Positions 56,996 through 64,000 of a stretch of DNA of 64,000 nucleotides are shown here, one piece after another. Where the stretch lies: assembly GCF_009914755.1 (NCBI RefSeq), contig NC_060936.1; one strand, written 5' to 3'. The position numbers and the translations under genes were made by a program. The stretch is from the human T2T-CHM13v2.0 reference genome, Homo sapiens. The first letter of the stretch is position 1, and the number at the start of each line of letters is the position of its first letter. Under the pieces are notes generated by a model. The model was not told the DNA's origin. It saw only the letters and a program-made list of their open reading frames with translations, and ran no database searches.

Positions 56996-58794
56996 TGAAT
57001 TAGTATCTAGTTTAATAATCTGTCCTCCCCAAAGGATGGAAATCTGCCATCAAACTGCAGCAGTTTATTTAACTAATCTTGTAGGGACTGATGTCTTTTG
57101 ATGTCAGTTCATTGGCATTGGTGTTCTTTCAGCTTGAGAGCTCCCTGTGTTGGGGAGTTAGACGATATCTAAACCAGGATGGGAAGCTATTCAGGATTGA
57201 ATGATTCTCACCTAAATCTCTTCCAATCAGGTTTGTTACATGTTTGATTCGAATATGAAAAAAATCTTCTAATTTTATGATGTTAATAACATTGTCCTAT
57301 TTTTATTGAAAAAAAATCCATAATACTCTTGATTCAATTTTGTGGATACAGTACTTGAATGAAAATAGATCCCAGGCTGAGATTTTTTTTTTTTTTTTGT
57401 CAGAGTTTTTTCTATCCACTGTTGCCTTGTGTTTGTTCTGAATGAAGTGGTTAATAGGCATTTTTTCATAATTCTTTGGGGATGCAATGTAAGAATTTAT
57501 TATTATTAGCTGTTACAAAAGAAACATATAATTTTGAACTAATGACCTGATAGGTAAAGGAATAAATAGCTGCAATATGAAAACCAGTTCCCAAGGACAT
57601 AATTATGCTATTACAAGCAAACAGAGAGTTTCTGGCTCATTAAGTAGGAAAGGCAAAAAAAAGTATAAATGATAAAGGTGAAAATTTAATTTTTTAACTT
57701 GTTCACATATGTTCCCCCCGACCAATAAAAACAAGAGGGAGGATTTTTACACTAAATGAAAATATAAACGACAAAGCCTTTCTTAAATACAGGGTCATGT
57801 ATCTGTCCTTAGGTGTTTTATTATGTGGAGTTTGACCTTTATTTAAAGAGCATCTCTGTTCAATGATAATTGATGGTGCTTTAAGTGAGAGTTTATGACA
57901 GTACTTCTACTTATTGAAAATATTTTTCTTAAGGTGAACATGCTCTTTTTTGACTTTTTTCCTAGCTTAACCTTTGAAAATATCATGTCAGTTTAGTTGA
58001 ATTTATAGACTTAATTAACATGTCGTGGTTTTTTCCAGGTCATTAATAAAATATAGAGTATGACCAGACTTATTTCTAATCCTGATAGTATACCAGCTTG
58101 TTTAATTTAATTAATCATTTCTTCTTTTTTGTCCTGTTGGTTTTTAGACTGATTTGATTATCATAATACGAACCTATTAAAATTTTTAGATGTTCTTCAT
58201 ATAAAGACATTATGCTAATTATTTAATTGGGATTATTTTGAAGGACTACAAAGTAATGGTGTTTGTTTTTGTTTTGTTTATTCAAGTGTACCCCATCTCC
58301 TGAACTTCACAGGGTTCTTATAAGGTCAGGCCCAGTGATAAGACATGGCCTGGGAATAAATACTAATGCTTCCTTTAAGAATATTCCAAGAGAATCAGCC
58401 TGACATACTCTTCAGAATTAATGATCTTGAACTTTCAAGATCATTGACGTACTGAAGAACCGAGAGTAATTTTTCTGAATTTTCTTATTGTCTTGCTTTT
58501 AGAAGCCCATTCTGTTTGGTGCTTTCCAGGAAACATCTGGACAGGTGAAAAATACAGTATGAACTCCTTTCTTAAGTGTCATAATTGAACAATCTTATGA
58601 GCTTCATAGATCCTAGAACATTACAGCAAAATTTTAACACGCAACTACCCATCATCTACATATTAAATTTATATTCATATCTGGGCATCCTCCATTATCT
58701 ATTTTCAAGTATTTATATTTTCAGTTTATACATGTCCTATTCAAGCTAAATACATATATCTATATCCCCTTATATTTGAGGGAGGCAGGAATAC

Positions 58795-59025
58795 AAGCCA
58801 GACTGAGCACAATTTTTGCTTACACTACTTACTAGCTATAGCACGATCTTGGACAAGTTTGGACAAGTTTATTAATTTCTCTGTTTCCCTATGTATAAAA
58901 TAGCAATGATAATAAAAGTATCTTCTTATTAATTTGGGTTTTGAGGATTAAATAAGTTAATAGGAGTAAAGCACTTCAAATATTGCCTTACAGAGAATGA
59001 ATGCTCTGTGGAAGTAATTATTATC
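58795..59025 (+). mobile_element. MIR
   Basis: acttactagct...cttggacaagtt...ttgaggattaaataagttaat...gtaaagcactt. Confidence 0.75.
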
Positions 59026-59396
59026 TTGCCTCTTTGTAACCTTTCCTTTTCCCTAAGTGAATTCAAAGTTCATCCCTCTCTGATCTTCTGTCACCCATTT
59101 CTCCGTTGTATTTCTGCTAATCCAACTTTTGTCCATGCGATATTTTAGGCTTTTAAAAGAGGTCTGATACCCTCATTCTGTTGTCTTCAGGAATGAAGTA
59201 ATTTTTGTCAAACAATACTGAATGGGAAAATTAATTCATTGGAAGTCAGACTCAGGCAACTTTTGAACTACTATTGTCATTTTCAGCTTATTATGTGGTT
59301 TGATCACTTTTATGGAATCATAATATGGTAGAAATCTTCAAAGTATACAAGTGCAAAATAGTTTCTATTCAATAGTTTTTGACATTTTGACTCACT

Positions 59397-62150
59397 TTTT
59401 AAAAATTGACATGCAATTGCATGTATTTATCATAAACAACATAATATTTTGAAATATATATAGTGGAGTAACTAAATCTAACTAATGAACATATACATTA
59501 CCTAATGTAGTTATTTTTATGGTGCGAACACTTTATATTCATTTTCTTAGCATTTTTCAAGAATACAATATATTATTAACTATGGTCACCATTTATACAA
59601 TAGAACTCTTAAAATTGTTTCTTCTATCCAAATGAAATTTTGTATGTTTGAGCCAATTTATTTCCAACCCACCCCAATCACCCCAGCCCTTGGTAAACAC
59701 CATTCTATTTTCTACTTCTATAAGATCAGCTTTTTTAGATTTCATATGTGAGTGAGATCATGTGGTAATTTTCTTTCTGTGACTGACTGGGTTATTTCAC
59801 TTAACATAATGTCCTTCAGGTTCATCCATGTTGTCACAAATGACAGGCTTTTCTTCTTTTATACGGCCGAATAGTATTTCATTGTGTATATATACCATGT
59901 TTTCTTTATCTATTCATCTGTTGATGGACACTTAATTTGATTCCATATCTTGGCTATTGTGAGTATTCTGCAGTGAACATGGAAGAGTGATATATCTTTG
60001 ACCTATTGATGTCATTTTCTTTGTATATTTACCCCATAGTGGGATTCCTGGGTCATGTGGTAGTTCTATTTTTAATTTTTTGAGGAACCTCCATACTGTT
60101 TTCTGTAATGGCTGTACTAATTTACATTCCTATCAATAATGTGCAAGGATTCCCTTTTCTCTACGTGCTCACCAACACTTATCTTTCAACTTTTTTGATG
60201 ATAGCCATTCTAAGAGGTATGAGATGGTATCTCATTGAGATTTTAATTTTCCTGATGATTAGTGATGAGCATTTTTTCATATACTTTTTGGCTATTTTTA
60301 TGTCATGTTTTGAGAAATGTCTATCATGGTGTTTTGCTTTCATCAGATTTTTTTGTGATCATATTTTCTTCCATCAGATTATTTGTTGAGTTAAGTTCTT
60401 TATATATTTTGGATATTAACCCTTTATCAGGTGTAGAGTTTGCAAATATTTTTGCAAAATTTTTGAAAATATTTTTTGTTCACTCTGTTATTACCTTTGC
60501 CATGCAGAAGTTTTTTGGTTTGATATAATTTCATTTGTCTATTTTAACTTTTGTTGCCTCTGTTTTTATGGTCACATCTAAAAAGGCATTGCCTAGACCA
60601 AGGTGTTGGAGCATTTCCCCTTTTAGTAGTTTCGTAGTTTTGAACCTTATGTGTAAGTCTTTAATCCATTTGAGTTCCTTATGTGTAAGTCTTTAATCCA
60701 TTTGAGTTGATTCTTGTGTATGGTGTGAGATGAGTCCAATTTTATTTTTTCACATGTGAATATCCAGTTTTTCAAGCATCGTTTATTGAAGAGATTGTCC
60801 TTTGCCCATTGTATGTTCTTGGTGCCTTTGTTGAATGTCAGTTGGCTCTGGATGCATGCATTTATTTCTGGGCTCTCTCTTCTGCTTAATTGGTCTATGG
60901 TTCTGTTTTTTCCCCTTAGTACCATACTGTTTTGGTTACTATAGCTTTATAGTATATTTTGAAGTCAGGTAGTGTGGTGCCTCCAGCTTTGATCTTTTTG
61001 CTCAAGTTTGCTTTGGCTATTCAGGGTCTTTTTGGTTCTATAGAAAATTTTGAGATTTTTTTCTATTTTTGTGAAGAATATCATTGGTTATTTTGATAGC
61101 AATTGCATTGAATCTATAAATTGCTTTGAGTAATATGAATATTTTAACAATATTAACTCTTCCAATCCATGAACATGGGATTTTTTTCCATTTATTTGTG
61201 TCTTCTTCAGTTTCTTTCATTCATAGTTTTCAGTGTGAAGATCTTTCACTTCCTTGGTTAAATCCATTTCTAGGTACTTAATTTTTTTGTAGCTATTGAA
61301 ATGTGATTATTTTTCTGATTTCCTATTTTTTTGTTTATGTATATCTTGAAACTTTACTGAATTTTTTAGTTTTAACAGTGCTTCAGTGGAGTCTTTAGGG
61401 CTTTCTATATATATGATCATATCATCTGCAAACATGAATAATTTGACTTCTTCCTTTCCTATTTAGATGCATTTTCTTTCTTTCTCTTGCTTAATTGCTC
61501 TGGGTGGGACCTTCAATACTGTGTTGAATAGAAGTGGTAAGAGGGAGCATCATTTTCTTGCTCCAGATCTTAGAGAAAAAGCTTTCAACTTTCCTGACAT
61601 AATAGCATACCACTGAGTATTGTGTTAGTTGTGGGTTTGTCATATATAGTCTTTGTTTTGTTGAGTGACATTCCTTCTATACCTAACTTGTTGAGAGTTT
61701 TTATCAAGAAAGGATATTGGATTTTCTCATATGCTCTTTCTGCATCTATTTAGGTGATTATATGGTTTTTGTTCTTCATTCTGTTAATGTAATTTATCAC
61801 ACTTATTGATTTATGTATGTTGAATCATACTTGCATCACTGGGATGAATCCCACTCGATAATGGGCAGTGATCTTTTTAGTGTGCTGTTGTATTCGATTT
61901 GCTAGTATTTTGTTGAGGATGTTTACATTTATGTTCATCAGGAATATTGGCCTACAGTTTTCTTTTTTTGCAGTGTCTTTGTCTGGCTTTGGTATCAGTG
62001 CTATGCTCTTGTATTCTAATTTTTTGAAATACTTTGAGAAGAATTAGTATTAGTTTTTCTTTAAACATTTTACATAATTTAGAAGTGAAATCATTAGGTC
62101 ATAGGCTTTTCTTTGATGTGAAACTTTTTATTACTTATTCAATCTCAATT
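59397..62150 (-). mobile_element. 5'-truncated L1MA (~2.75 kb)
   Basis: Minus-strand ORF fragments match L1 ORF2p ([40 protein letters not shown]); L1MA-type 3' UTR at ~59400-59800. Confidence 0.92.
60645..60708 (+). repeat. Perfect 32-bp tandem duplication inside L1MA
   Basis: ccttatgtgtaagtctttaatccatttgagtt at 60645-60676 and 60677-60708. Confidence 0.97.
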
Positions 62151-62294
62151 TTATTAAATTTTCACATACATATTTTTAAGAATAAATTGGCATCTGAGAT
62201 TTTTTTTTGCAAACTGTTTTTCGTTTTGTAGAGGGCTCAAAATATATTTATCTTTTACATTTCATGTTAATAATGCTAGATAAAATATATAAGC

Positions 62295-62490
62295 ATATAA
62301 ATGCTAGCACATATATTGACTTATTTAATCTTCATAACAGTCCTATGATATATATCCATATCAGCATACTTTGACAAAAACAGTAACTGAGGTACAAAGA
62401 GATTAAACAGTGACAGTAAGTGGTAGACTCAGGATTCAATAGGTAGCCTGGCTCTAGCATCTGAGGTACAAACCCCCCTGCTGTATTCTT
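62295..62490 (-). mobile_element. MIR
   Basis: ttatttaatcttcataacagtcctatga...aactgaggtacaaagagattaa...gtaagtggtagactcaggattcaa. Confidence 0.72.
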
Positions 62491-64000
62491 AGTGGGAGGT
62501 GTGGTATGCTTGGAACATCAGAGTAGATCGCACCCAACACAGGGTCTGTCACAGGTAGATGTTTGGTAACTATTAATGATAGCAACCAGGACTTCAATTT
62601 CTGGGATTCAGATGACATCACATATTTACTTCAACTGCAAAAGATAGAGATATGCACATTCAAAATGGATATTTATCAAGAAGTTAGTAACAAATGACTC
62701 AATAAACAATACACACTTGGCAATTTTTTGGAGTGAAGGATATTCATGTGTTATGACTTTCTGAAATGAAGATAATCAGGATAAATTAAGGGGAATCAAA
62801 ATACTGTTATACTCAGTTCCATGCTATCTCTTTAGATTTCAGTACTATACAAGATGATAAGGGCTTAATGAAAAAAAAAATCAATGGATAAATTTTAACT
62901 ACTTGCAGTTTTCAGTGGCTATGTTGTAACAGGCTCTTTCTGTTTTATTTTTGCTGGTGTTTTGCTTTGACTATAAATGATGATTTGCCTTCCTCTCATA
63001 TAATGTTTTGCCTTTTTATCATGGAAGTTATGTAGTCATTTGCATGGAAAAAATAGTTTGTTATTTGGGTACAGCAGTAATAAAATTGACTAATAATAAC
63101 TTTTCAGTTTTCCCTTTACTCTTTTTGCTCTTCCTACCTCCATGATGACTGTCTTGCTCTTTCTCTGAAAGCCTTCAGTGAGTAGTAAGACAGTTCATCA
63201 TTGCAGTACACAAGGTGATTGACATCAAGCTGGACAGGCGGGAAAGGGAAAAGGACAGGAGGTGTGGGGAAAACCTGATGAGAAATACAGCTTCCTTTTA
63301 ATCCTTCTGGAGAATCTCTGAAAATGTTTTTAAGTGGTTTACTGTTACAGGCAGAATCATAAAATATAAGTAATATCAGTTTTGAGTTTAATGAAGAGAG
63401 CTGTTATAGGTGTATTCTCATTTCCAGAGAACTCGAAGCTATTCCATTCCAGTTGACGTTGTTGGCCAAATACATCACATGCATATTGAATTTTGATGAT
63501 TTCAAAATCCAAAGATAAACAAGATAATAAAGCAAATGCTAGTAAGAAATAGAAATGAACAATAATATTTCAGCGATAGTGCTTGAAATATAAAATAAAT
63601 GAATAAGTTGATTTGGATAGGAATCCTCCGATTTTCTGCCACCCATTTTTCCTTGAGTAAACTTGGGAACACCAGACAGAATTTTTTAGAACATTCCTTG
63701 TGAACACTAAGCAAAAGGCTGAGTGGGGGTGTTAACTGAAGCTACAAGTCTCTTTATATTCTCTGTAATGCTTGAGCTATATTTAGAGTAACATTTCACC
63801 TTGTAAAGAGAGGATAGTCTGTAAATGATGCCGGGATTATTTGGGATTTACGTTGGCATCCTGCTTCATCCCGCTCCTCTACATGAGACTTATTTAGGTG
63901 GTTGATAACTATTATTCACATTGACTTTTAAATGTGATTAAGGCTTTTCACTCAGTTTAAAGGAAATAATTCTATTTTTAAGCCATCTTGGTAGAGAGCC

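Overview
AT-rich, CpG-poor primate genomic DNA, almost certainly human because it carries an AluYa5. It is dominated by interspersed repeats: Alu, L1PA/L1MA/L1MB/L1ME, L2, MIR, MaLR LTRs, one ERVK LTR22A and MER DNA transposons. I find no supportable protein-coding exon or RNA gene; the supplied ORFs are repeat-derived or chance. The only gene-derived feature is a disabled processed pseudogene of histone H3.3 (parent H3F3A, minus strand, ~52914-54474). It is nested in an L1MB and is itself interrupted in its 5' leader by a solo LTR22A. I did not find a convincing new biological system. The most notable structures are: (1) a ~214-bp inverted duplication (55315-55528 / 56108-56321) that copies an Alu tail and its flank; (2) the three-layer L1MB > H3F3A retrocopy > LTR22A nest with an unexplained ~108-bp extra leader; (3) a young AluYa5 with a clean TSD; (4) a THE1 solo LTR with 6 extra bases inside its TSD; (5) a fold-back palindromic microsatellite; (6) several short tandem duplications. 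Repeat subfamily names come from remembered consensus sequences, not a search, and the boundaries of old repeats are approximate.
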